A DNA stretch of 64,000 bases from assembly GCA_002633005.1 (NCBI GenBank), contig NMRA01000341.1:389474-453473 (forward strand). Reading direction: 5' to 3'. The notes below the pieces were generated by a model, which saw only the letters and a list, made by a program, of their open reading frames with translations, was not told the origin of the DNA and did not search any database. Positions within the stretch are counted from its first letter, which is position 1, and every line of letters starts with the position of its first letter. Origin of the DNA: Phoronis australis (Eukaryota > Animalia > Phoronida). This document shows, piece by piece, positions 23,301-34,958 of this stretch. Both the position numbers and the translations under genes were made by a program.

Positions 23301-26300
23301 ACATAGCCAGCAACAAGAGCGACGATAAAAATGTCTAAATATTTCCGTGTGTGTGGATTGACTCAATTCGAAGACCGACCTACAGTTTTCCATAAAAATT
23401 AAAGGAGCATTAACACAAGAGGTGCATTCAAAAACAACAAAATCCAATCTAAAATGAAATAGTTTCGGTCAGATACGAGTTGACCGTCTTTGAAGTAAAA
23501 GGAAATATTACGTTTTTGGAATTTTGGTCAATTTTGCACAACGTGAAATGTACTTCGGACGTTTTCAGTCAATTGCCGTAAAAATGAAATTAATTAAAAT
23601 GTCTGTTCCTCAAACCCGAAGTTCCAACACAGTTTATAAAGTTCCAAACACATCATCCGATCCAAGTCAGCTGTATTCCTTCGCTTTTCGGGTCCGAAAT
23701 ATTTGTAAAGCCCTATTTTTCCTATTTCATACATAACGTGCATGGGATTTTTGGAGTATTGCCTACACGCTCCGATTGTCGGCTACCCGTCCGTATTCGG
23801 CATCTTAACTCGAAAAGTCATGGTTCAAATCATGTCTGTAGACTCAGACGTAGTCGTATACGACAGGCGTATACAAGGTCGGATCTACGATTTTGGCAAC
23901 GGCGGGTTACGGCACCTGCGTCACCGCATTCTTGTGCCCGGGCCAACAGTATTTATTTCCCCAAGAGGGTTGAACCTACGTATATCAACCACTGGAATAG
24001 GACTTTACTTTTAACTGTGATCAATGGCCGAGACTCTCACCCTTCAGTTTTGGAGATTTGTCACAAGGGAACCAAAGTTAATGCCTTACTGGATAGTAGA
24101 ACATCCGAGTTATTGCCATGAAATGTCAAAAAACGAATCATTTCCCATTAAACTCATGTAAGAACCCATAATGTCCTGAATTATCATTTTCATGTTCCCG
24201 GATATTGTCATTAAAAATCTGCAAAATTAATTCTGATCCCCTTATTATTACATGTACGGTATATTCATTTTCTTTCTAAAAGCCGACCTAATTCGACATC
24301 ACGACGTCACGCATCCACTCATCCAGCGACTCAATGAGTGACATATCGGTCTTACCGAAACAATTCTCGAAGTTCAACGTTTTTAGCAGACGAGGCCAGC
24401 AAGTGCTAAGCTAAATATTAAATCACGCTCTGCTTGACTGCTTGAGTTAATTTCTTTGGATACCAATGCACACCTAGATCATTACATCGCATTTACTCTG
24501 AAAAATGAACTCTGATGACAAGCACACGCACGCTTGCTCTCACACACACGCATACAAACTTCAAAACAAACGTCACGTGACAACAACAGGTGTGTTCCTC
24601 CAGAGATTTTTCTTGTGTTGCGGGCTAGAATCTAGCGCAGATTTGGACTTAATCTACAGTTAATCCAGACCCCACAAGACCTTAAAAATCTCAGAGACGC
24701 TAATTGGATAACTTGAGGAGGATTTCAGTTAATTTGTTGAGTCGAAGCTGTATTCTTATTCAAGAATTCAAGCCCTATCGACGATTGCGAAACCGGCAGC
24801 TACGCATTTGTCGGCGAGATTTCGTCCTGGGATTTAAGCACAATTTTCTGAAAAATTATCGTAATTTAACCACCAATATTGATAGCAATGCACCACAATT
24901 TTGTAGAAAGTAAATTATAATATTCTGCACGCTTTACCTTAGCGCGTTAATGCATATAAGTGTGCGTACGTTAAGTGAGTCGACTCAGAACAGGTGATTG
25001 TGCAGAGGCATTATCCTCAAAATTGCTCAAGTTGGCTTGGTTCGGGTCAAACGAAAACAATTTTTTCACTACCATCCGCCGTGGAGTATTTGTTACTGTT
25101 TCTTTCAAGGGAAATTTTGTTGGGAGTATCCAAGATACGTTTTCTTGCCGCCCTCAAAATGAGGGCTGCATACTTTATGCTACAAAGTCGGAAAGAATTC
25201 ACTAAGTCGGCCTTTGTTACCAGCTCTACTGATGTGTCTGACCCATGTTTAACGCAGTTCTTGGTCCTTGGGAAACAGGAAGTAATAAACTAAATTCTTT
25301 ATCTCGCTAACTGGTATTATAGCAGCCAGGCACACATCACGTATAACCTCCCTGTGGCGGGTTCGCCCACGCTTGCCGACTTACTTGTTTACCGGCTTAA
25401 CCACAATGCAACATTCTGACCCATTTCCAATATGGCGGTGTTGCAACTCCGCTATTTAGTTGAGTTATGGGAGCTGAGCATCAGTGTAGAAATCGGTTGT
25501 TCCCTGTTTAGCTGGCTTACACTTTGCTTATAAGAGTGGTTACGATCAGAGCCAAGTCGGAATCAGCTTAATGTAATATCCCGCTAGTCATCATTATTTA
25601 CATCGAAACCGAGGATATCATAATGATATTAAGCGGCGTGGGAGCCACTGTATTGTCGTTTGATGTAAATCGACTAAAACATTCAAAATCCATTGAGCAA
25701 CAAGGCCTTCATTCCCATTTAGAAATAATTGTGCGCCCGGCCAAGACCATCAACAGGGCTTCACGTAAGTGAAGACGTGTCAACAAACTACGACTATCGT
25801 ATGCGACTAATCAGAGTTGCAGGCTATAACTCTGCAAATGTCAGAGAAAACCAAATTGTGGGTACTAACAACAACCATTGTTGAGACAGCAATGCTACGA
25901 TTACCTTCCCACTTCATTAGCTCAGATCTACTTCAATACAAAGGGCGTGCATAATAGGCATCGTAAAAGTTGTCTGGGGCTTAGGGAATCAGAGCGGTCA
26001 CCAGTGTAAGCGAGAAATTCTCCACATCCAGTTACTATTCCTTGTAAACCAGCTTGCACTCATGTTGAATGAAAGACCATTGGTTTAATATACAGCGCAG
26101 GGGTACAGCTACATGAACCAAACCCTGTTAGTAAAAATCACATGTATGTTACATGGCTTCGTTTGAACTTACTGCATACCTGTGTAACTAACTTTGCCGT
26201 CGCCATCTAGGTCGGCTTCTTTAATCATGTCCGCTATTTCACCCTGGAAAAAACATAAGCGAAGCCAATAAACTTGCATTGCAACTATGCAAGGTTTGCA

Positions 26301-29300
26301 AATGAGATCGAATTTACTTGTCTGAGTTATAAAATGTTAGTCTTACTTTCGTTATCTTTTCCCCAAGTCCCTGTAATACATCATACAGCTCGTCGTTCGT
26401 AATAAAACCGTCTTTATTACCATCGAAAACATCGAACACCGCTCGCAGCTCCCTCTCTTGGTCGCTCGTCTCACGCTTAGACATCATTAGCAAAAACTCG
26501 TCAAAGTCAATCGAGTTGCTACCTGACAACAAAATTGATAGCGGTTAGATTATTACTTAGATCACACAGTTACAAAATTGGTCTCAAATTGTTCCTTAAT
26601 TAAAATATGCAAACGTGACTTTGGAGAGAACTGGCAGTTCATTATTCCTTGACACAATTAAGGTCAATGCTCAATAAATTGTAGCTAGCCAGAGCGTGTT
26701 GTTTTATTCGCCAACAAGGGTGTCGCTGAACAACGAAGTGTCATTTCTTTGCATGAACAAAATCACAAGGACAAGTTGAAAACGAATGTAATGCAATACT
26801 TCAAAGAGGTCTTTCGCATACAACAGCTCCCGCCAACCAGGTGAAATAGGCGAGTCTATTTCTTTTTCATTTCATCAAACTGTGATTTTAGAGGAATACT
26901 GATTTTATTGGCTTCCTTTCAGTCCCAAGGAGGTTGCATCACTGGTAGATTCCATTTTGATATCGTGAACGAACGGTTTATTTTCATTGGTAAGTGTAAG
27001 CTGCGATCCCACTGCACAGCTGACACTTCGAGATTTTTGGTCAGCGAAAAAGGGTTTACTACGCGACGGATATTTTGCTGTGAGAAATTATTTCTTTGCG
27101 CCTTTCATTTTTCCAATATAGCGTTTGCTTAAATAGAAAGGTCAAACCGCAGAGAATCCACCTTCTACGATGCAAACCCCTTACTGTTGTAAAACTGACC
27201 AACGCCAAGTTGCGGTCATATCCCCTGTGCAACAAAAACACCCCGTCCCCCCGGTAAAACCAACTTATTGAACCTGTTCTGGCTAGTCAGTCCCTTTGAA
27301 CCTATACAGGAAATCTAATTTGAGTAAGGAACGATTGAACACCAATTTTATGAGTGACCGAAATCAAAAAATTGTTTCCGAGGTTAATAAGAGCTTTAGC
27401 TCCCATATAGCGCACCGTGAAACTAACATAATAACATAATTGTGAATTCCAAAATCTACAGAAGCGTGAATGGTGAAGTGACTGCGCGTCTTGAAAACTG
27501 CCAAGTTGAATGGAATTAATAAGCCAATTCCTGAACGCGGGCAAAACAGGTTAAATTGCGGTCTAAATTCGAAAATGTCCACTCTTACATAATTGCCGTT
27601 TACAGTGAGTTGGAGTGCTAAATACATATTTACCTATCAACTACTGAACAAACTGAACGAAGTAATTACAATAACGCTGACTCTTGGCAAATATCACCGC
27701 ATAGGATGACCCTGTATATATAAAGCTATTACTTTTTCCATACGGCCTATGCAGGAAATGTGAATAATTAACGCAAGGGTGTTTAGTTTTGGCTAACAAA
27801 CTCAATTCGATTTTTGAGCTCCGTAATCTGTGACATTCTGCAGTGACATTAAACGCACAGACACAATTATCGACTTTAAAGGAAATCTCTCGATGTTATG
27901 TACTTATAGTGCACGTTGAAGTTGCGAGTTAAATGTTTGTATGGGGGTTCATTTGTTTCTGTAATAGTCTCTTTTTCATGTGATACATACAGTGTTAACA
28001 AGTACGCATATCCGTTTTGTGTAGAGGATTCTGGGAACGACGGCTAGTCTGGCAGGTTTAGTTTCCTACCACTGGCAAAAAGAAGTCACGCAACTGTGAG
28101 CAACTGATAGGAATTCCGTTTCTGTCCCGACTGAAAAAAATTGACTTTATTTCAAAGGGTTAAACTAGTTCAATCACGTCAAAATATGTATCTCTCCGAC
28201 TATATTAGGCAACATACAACCTGGTGAAAGGTTTTCATCTTTTCTGTTATCAAACTTCAAGCCTTTTTGAACACAGTTTTGCACCTCCGACGAAAATTGA
28301 AAATCATCATCTATTCCCGTCTATTTCCGTGACCCGACTTCCTTATACTTCAGTTCGGGAACTAAACGACTCATGAATGAAAACCATATCCTTGAAAACA
28401 TATTAATACCACCTGGGCTTAAAATTGTTGTTATTTTCTGTGGTTGTTTTCGATTCAGATTTTGATTCTTTTTGTAAAAATTTGATTGCCCAATTTTGCA
28501 GCTCTTTATATGAATTACACTCTAGACTCATTAACACTTAATGCTAAACTAGTTGCCAACATATCAAGTTTGTTTTCAGATGTTTGCCAGCAGTTGTATG
28601 CTAAGAAATCGGCCGTCGCTCAATGTTGGAAGGCGCCGTGTCGTCTAATACAGCCACCAGAGACACTGGAGGAAGTGAACCGTGACGATTTTGTCTCACG
28701 ATGGAGCGAGCCGAATGTCTCACCTGGTGGCTTTCTATTTTACCTGCATGGCGTGCGTAAATCCTCAAAGCACGCGAATGAGATGAGCTAAGTGCTTAGC
28801 CGATTACCTTCAGTAGCCATTTAAAATTATTATTGCATCTCCTGACAACAAATCTCTCCGGTTGGCTCATCCTAATCGTGTGGATTACGTGTACATTTAC
28901 GTTCACTTGCCGATTTAGTGCCCTTACCAGTGAGTTACTGAGGACCTGTTATGTGTGCAAAAACTGTTTGCAGCCAACTGTTATTTCATCCATTCCATGA
29001 GCGGCCTTTTCGCCGTCTTCACACGCGATTTGGACAATGATATAATTAGCAATATACCAGTATGAGTTAATTAGATACTGTAAGTATAGACGCTGACCAA
29101 TAGTGAATCAAATAAACATTATGTAAACACATAAATACATGTATCAGGAACTCCAACTGGGAATCGAACCTCAGGTCTCAAGACTGCCGGTCTAGTGCTC
29201 TTACCACTGAGCTACTGATTTACCGATCACTGTGCAATTACTGTTTGCAGCCAACTGTTGCGTAAACCATCCCATATACGCATTCAGTACGTTGAGATAT

Positions 29301-30183
29301 TTACTGTGAAATACAGGAAAGTAGAACCGATCCGTATAAAATGGCAGAGGCCGTATTTCAGGGTCGGTGTTTGATCTCCTGATGGAGTACAGTAAATTCG
29401 CATGTACGACGTCAAATTTGATTGGGCTCGTTCACTTGGGTTACCTAAAAGACTGATCCAATGGGCCGTTCCTGGAAAAGCAGTTTTACTGCTGTAAAAA
29501 CTATTAAACTTTTTCTGACGACAATTCTGACGCACGGTGGTCAGGCGGATATTTTAGGCCACGCTAATTTTAATCTGGATCACAATAAATGGGTCAATTG
29601 CCTAACACGTAGCGTTTCCTACAAAATAGGCAAAACCTGACTCAAATCAAACGAAAACGTTTTGTTGTGAATGCAAATGATATGTCTACATTGACTAAGA
29701 TATTTACAGGGATTGCGACCTAATATCGAATGTGTTTTTTTAGACACAATCGTCTGCTAGAAGCATTCATAGACTCTCCCTCGCTGATAGCGTAAAATCT
29801 TTTTTTTTGCGATACACTTCTTACCTCAAGTTCAGCAAATCAGCAGTTTCCACCGTTATTTTCAGTGATGTGATCAATATGGAGGAAATATTTCTATTCC
29901 AGAAACTAAAACACGAAAATAGATCTATACAAATAAGAAACTCATGGAAGCTGAAACGACACGCTGTTGTAGCTCAACTGTTCAGTTTATGTTTCAATTT
30001 CTATTTTCCCGGATGAATTGATTCTGAGTTCCCGACGAACTTTTTATATTATTAAAAGGTTCATTATTTTTACTTCAATACTTCAGAAACTGAAAGTTCT
30101 CATAAATTGAACATGAAATAAAACTTTACTAGTTATTAAACTTCGCGGATTATCTGATTGCTTAACCGGCGCGGCGTAGACAT

Positions 30184-30239
<56 letters not shown>

Positions 30240-30271
30240 NNNNNNNNNNNNTGTGTGTGTGTGTGTGTGTA

Positions 30272-30303
<32 letters not shown>

Positions 30304-33300
30304 TATGTATATATTCGATATATTCGATGTCGTTGGGACACTCCCAGATGACAGCAGAGTAGAGCTACTCAGCGATAAAATGGCGTCAAGAGCAAGTCAT
30401 TTATGTGGAAAATGTTGGCATTTCCGCATATACTGCCGACTTCTTTCATTAAGTGTTTTGGTTAGGAACTGGTACTGTAGTTTGCTTCGATTAGGTCTTG
30501 CACAGGTACATGTACGACTTGCAAAATTTGGGTTCCAAGGTTTAAGAAGCTGGTCGAGCGTGTCTGTAATTACTTATTTACAGACGGGCTACATGTCTAG
30601 TTTAAAGCCTTGTTATTCAGCGGTTCCTGAATGAATCTCCCTTTCGTCTTAGCGGTTAATCTAAAATGGCGGCAGTGTATCACTCGGCAACAGATCGTGG
30701 TAACTGTAGATTTTTATCAATTTTTGCTTACGGATTACGTAGTAGTTACTGATGGCTTCTTTACAAGACCCTAATAACTGCTGAAATCACGCGCAACTAG
30801 ATCTTAAAAGTTTGGGAGTATATATTTTTATTGGATTTGAATTGTAGTAGACTTCCCGCTCTACGGACCTACATATATTTATTGACGACAGGCACGGATT
30901 TCAAATAGTGAACAAAGCCGTCTTTGTGGGTTGTTCAAAACACGACAGCTACTAGCCAATATTAACATTTGGTGAAGTTTCTGTAACGTTCTTCTGGCCA
31001 ACTCAGTGCGATTCAAGGTAGGCTACATGTACACACGTGACAGAACAAAAGATATTTGCTGTGTCATTCATGAGCAATCATTTATATTTTGTCACTGAAG
31101 CCCTTCAGCCTCATGGCATGAGCTTCTAACTTCCATGTACTTAAGCATGCGTGAGTCGCTTCGGACTCTTACCGTCCCTGTCAACTGTCCGTATCAATGT
31201 TTTGATCTCATTCACAGTTGGTCTGTAACCCAAATCCATCAGTACTGATTTCAGCTCGTCCGTTGATATCTCTCCGTCCCCGTTCTTGTCGAACACAGCG
31301 AAGGCGTCTTTAAATGCTGTAAAAACAACTATATCACAAGCCTCATAGACAGCACAAGACGTGAGACATTAAAAGATGAACTAAGAACCCGCCATATGTT
31401 AAATGAAAACCACCTCATTTGAGTTACACTACTCACAGTTATAAAATTGGCCTGAAAATTTCATTTCCTGATTAGAAGTGATTTCAGGGTTTAGAAACAA
31501 CTGACTAAGACAGTTCAATATCTGGGCAACAGACTGGCTGGTCATCTTACAAGTCAAGCATGTATTCAACTAATAACGAATTGTCAGTTCCTACCACGCT
31601 TAGAAATCCCTGCCAATCTGAGTGATGGACCAAGTTACATTGAGACTAGACTCATAACAGAATTTGGTCTAAATCCCCAGTTATATGATCTTGTGGTCTG
31701 GCTTTATCTTACTTAAAATATTTACTGTTATTGATAATAATAACAGTGGGTATTTAAAATAAAATTTTGGTTTTATCATCCAAGTCTTTTTAATTCAGTT
31801 TTATATGAAGCTATGCGGGTAGTGGATATTTTGATTGCTGTTCAGTACCTCTTAATTTTTTTGTCATGACATTTTGAACTTTGACTAGTTATGAGTGATG
31901 ATATACTCAATGTTACTTCATTTTGTAAGTTGTGAGCTATTCTACAGATTAGCAAGTGACTTGTAACTGTTGGTGAGTGGGAGAGTAGGATTGAGCCCTA
32001 TACTGGCATGTCTAATAAATAATAGAATGTTCTAAAATTGTATTACGATTTTGTGGTAGTGATGAATTGCCTTGCTTTCTTCTTCTCACTTGTGTTACAC
32101 CCACTGCACAAAACAATTGTCTGCATTGCTAGTAGCCTGGTGCATTGAATATGGAACACGGGTGGAGATGAAACTAGCAGTGAGCTGAGAGCAACATGTA
32201 CATGTATGTCAATGGTCAGGGGAGCAACCAAAACGTGTGACGATGGGAGGGGCTCAACACCCATGTGGCATACATACCCATTGGTTTTTACCTGTTTAGC
32301 AATCCTCCCATGTAACCCCCCTGGGAGGGGTCAACACCCATTTGGCGCCCACCTAGTTTTTGCCTGGTACCCCCTTAGCTGGCACCTGTGGGGAATTCCC
32401 CTCTGAACCCACAGGAACAATCATTCAAATTATGTAGTCCATGGAGGTATGAACTGTTATAAGGAACGATAACTGCCGTGTTAAGAACTCAAACATGAAA
32501 CAAAACCATGATGGATTTTGAAGGGAGCTTCAAGAGAATAAAAACAAATACACTTTTATATTGATTAAAATACACATTTTCTATCTCACTCTATTGTAAG
32601 TGGATGTTAGTTTATGTATTCCAACCATATTCAATCACTCAGTAATTTTATTGCTCGTTGAATGTCATTAAAGTATGAATTTATGAGTGTTCGGACTACG
32701 CTCCTAACTAAGTGTTGATCAGTCACCGCTTGGAACGCTAGTGTTTCGACCGGTAACCATTGCGGCGAATGGTAAAATGGCGGAGTGAACTCTCATGTAC
32801 TAGTACACTACTTGATAAGAGCTTCTTAAAGTGGTTAAAATATCTAAACCTACGGGACACACTTCAAACTAGAGTAACTGTTACATGAGCCGACGCATTT
32901 ACACGATTTTTGTAGGCAGCAAGTAGGAGTTTTCACTGACATTGCAATTGACAATCACAGTTTTCACTTGGACGCCTCCAGCGCAGGAAAACTCGTCTGC
33001 TCCACGTGCCAAGTCAGCCATTACATTAACAAAACGTAAATTGGGCGCTTCGTGAACATTTTCATATGCGTTGAACATGTTTGTTAATGTCTTTATTCTA
33101 TGATTCGCTCAGCTTGGCCTTACTCTGTGCGTATACTCCAAGAGGGTGCAAATACTGGCGCAGCTGCTCGTCAACCTATGGGATCTCAAAAAAAACCGGC
33201 CAGATCTCGAACCGCCAGTTCACATTTTTTTGGAATTGATTAACCTTATCCTCAGAACTAGCCCGATCTGATTCCACTCGATTGATTACTTTTTGTGATT

Positions 33301-33714
33301 TAGTAACACCTTATTGACAAGTTTGCATATTTAGCTACATATCTACAAAATAAAGATTTTAACTTGGTATATGCTGTATTCTGAAAGTAGACTGCTGTCG
33401 AATTTAATTTTCGACTTTTTTGCCAACACATTATTAATTGAAATACGCAACCATGCCTTTCATATAAAAACGACATGATCAAATTTTATTTGAAACAAAT
33501 AGTCAATTATATTGTTTGATTTCAAACTCTCTTAGAGTTTTCGGAAAAAACATTTCGCTTTCGGTTTTATGCGTTTTAGCAGATTAGTAAATACTCTCCC
33601 GATTTGTCTCCCGACTTGGCCGCGGTACTGCAAGCAAGAAGTTTTCCAAAATAAATTTTTTCTTCCACTTTTTAACTATACACACCACAACTTTTGAGAA
33701 CCCCCCTCTCTCTC

Positions 33715-33813
<99 letters not shown>

Positions 33814-33924
33814 GTATATTATGCTTAATGGATATTTTCATGGTGGCTTCAAATACATAAACAATGTCTTACCTTGGATTTTATCTTCTGGAAATCCATA
33901 GGTGTTTTTAACGTATGCGCCACT
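20286..33924 (-). CDS. Calmodulin-like protein, 4 EF-hands (about 156 aa); exons 33924-33873, 31316-31173, 26522-26347, 26243-26180, 20317-20286; ATG-only exon 1 lies further upstream
   Basis: Spliced product SGAYVKNTYGFPEDKIQAFKDAFAVFDKNGDGEISTDELKSVLMDLGYRPTVNEIKTLIRTVDRDGSNSIDFDEFLLMMSKRETSDQERELRAVFDVFDGNKDGFITNDELYDVLQGLGEKITKGEIADMIKEADLDGDGKVSYTEFKNILKSKS*. Introns are GT-AG; the 144-nt exon and phase-1 introns match calmodulin gene structure. The sequence is too divergent to be true calmodulin. Confidence 0.92.
20905..21580 (-). repeat. Dispersed repeat family B copy 3 (more diverged)
   Basis: Shares cgacgtcgagtcgac, taccttttg.actttccatg.cagagg and agttaccga with copy 2. Confidence 0.75.
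26180..26243 (-). CDS. Calmodulin-like exon 5 (64 nt), EF4 loop GEIADMIKEADLDGDGKVSYT
   Basis: ttttttccag acceptor, CAG|gtatgc donor. Confidence 0.95.
26347..26522 (-). CDS. Calmodulin-like exon 4 (176 nt), EF2 end, linker, EF3
   Basis: ttgtcag acceptor, AAA|gtaaga donor; ORF 26314-26532. Confidence 0.95.
29150..29222 (-). mobile_element. tRNA-derived (SINE-head-like) sequence
   Basis: Minus strand TCAGTAGCTCAGTGGTAAGAGCACTAGACCGGCAGTCTTGAGACCTGAGGTTCGATTCCCAG; intact A and B boxes, no convincing acceptor stem. Confidence 0.7.
30187..30312. repeat. (TA)n / 12-N assembly gap (30240-30251) / (TG)n microsatellite
   Basis: Direct reading. Confidence 0.98.
30605..30740 (+). repeat. Dispersed repeat family C copy 1 (copy 2 at about 50500-50635)
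   Basis: gccttgttattca...gttcct.aatgaatctc...ttagcgg..aatctaaaatg.cgg..gtatcact shared by both loci. Confidence 0.65.
31173..31316 (-). CDS. Calmodulin-like exon 3 (144 nt), EF1 and start of EF2
   Basis: tttttacag acceptor, G|gtaaga donor; DKNGDGEISTDE loop. Confidence 0.95.
32487..32792 (+). repeat. Dispersed repeat family D copy 1
   Basis: Inverted match to 39845-40149, including identical gaaacaaaaccatgatggattttgaagggagcttcaagagaat. Confidence 0.9.
33706..33812. repeat. Compound (CT)n(TA)n microsatellite about 60 bp from the exon-2 donor
   Basis: Direct reading. Confidence 0.97.
33873..33924 (-). CDS. Calmodulin-like exon 2 (52 nt), SGAYVKNTYGFPEDKIQ
   Basis: ttttttctttctgttttag acceptor, AAG|gtaaga donor; phase 0 in and phase 1 out, as in calmodulin exon 2. 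Confidence 0.8.
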
Positions 33925-34406
33925 CTAAAACAGAAAGAAAAAATGACCTTGAAATTCTATTTCCAGTTGCTGTTGCAAGAAGGTTACTGCCTGATATTTA
34001 CTTTCTGGATACCAACACAAACAAATGCATATACATGTACATGTAACGCGTTGTACTGAGACTAATAAGCTACAACATTACCAACAAATCTGTGTTTTCG
34101 GCTATCACTTCTGACCAGGTGACACCACTTTGAGTTGATAAATACACTGCAAATTTCGCCAACATACAGAAACGACCATTGATTAGGGAACTAGGTTATG
34201 GAACTAATTTGCATACAATATGGGGTCAATTGGCACGCGTTAACGACATTTACTGAAACAGAATGGTCTGATGTAAATTTTTAATTAAGTGTTGTTATCA
34301 AACGATAGGTTTCTATAGTTTGGGAAAGTGGATGCTGGTGTAAACCTCGAACTGATGACGAATCTGTTGTATTCGAAGTTCAGTACATTTCATAATGCAC
34401 AATACA

Positions 34407-34558
34407 CATGGGCGTATTCAGGATTTTGAGTTGGGGGGGGGGCAGGGCAGACTATTAGCCTGGATTTTCCCCTCAGGCATTTGCAGCCCCGAACTGCCAA
34501 ATGGAATCAGGGATATTTTAGGGCGGGCCATGGCCCCCTATGTCTAAATCCGCCACTG
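34407..34558. mobile_element. Short G-run MITE (CATGGGCGTATTCAG...CTAAATCCGCCACTG)
   Basis: Imperfect terminal inverted repeats; ATACA on both flanks. Confidence 0.5.
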
Positions 34559-34870
34559 ATACAAGTGAAGGTAAAGCATAGTTCCAGAGGCAAGCAGCAA
34601 AGTTGTAGCAAGTATTGTCTTCTGGTTTCCTTTATCTCGCAAATTGAGCCGAGCTTCAAAAGAGGTTGAACATGCCAAGATTTCGCGAATTTCCGATCGT
34701 TCGGTATAACATAGGAAGTGTCAAATGTAGCAGCGTAGTGTGGTAGTGTAGCTCGGTCCGTCAATGCGACATCTGTAAATAACTAAGTATAGAATACTCA
34801 ATTATTCTAGTTACAGCAACTGGCAGTATATCCAGGAGAACTGACTGTCTTCACTAGAGAATATGTAAGG

Positions 34871-34890
34871 TATATATACATATACATATA

Positions 34891-34924
<34 letters not shown>

Positions 34925-34958
34925 CATGTATATATGTATGTATGCATGTATATATATA
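34871..34958. repeat. (TA)n/(TATG)n microsatellite
   Basis: Direct reading. Confidence 0.95.

Noticed and set aside
30158-30634. Longest ORF in the track (158 aa)
   Set aside because: Runs through (TA)n, the N gap and (TG)n; non-coding
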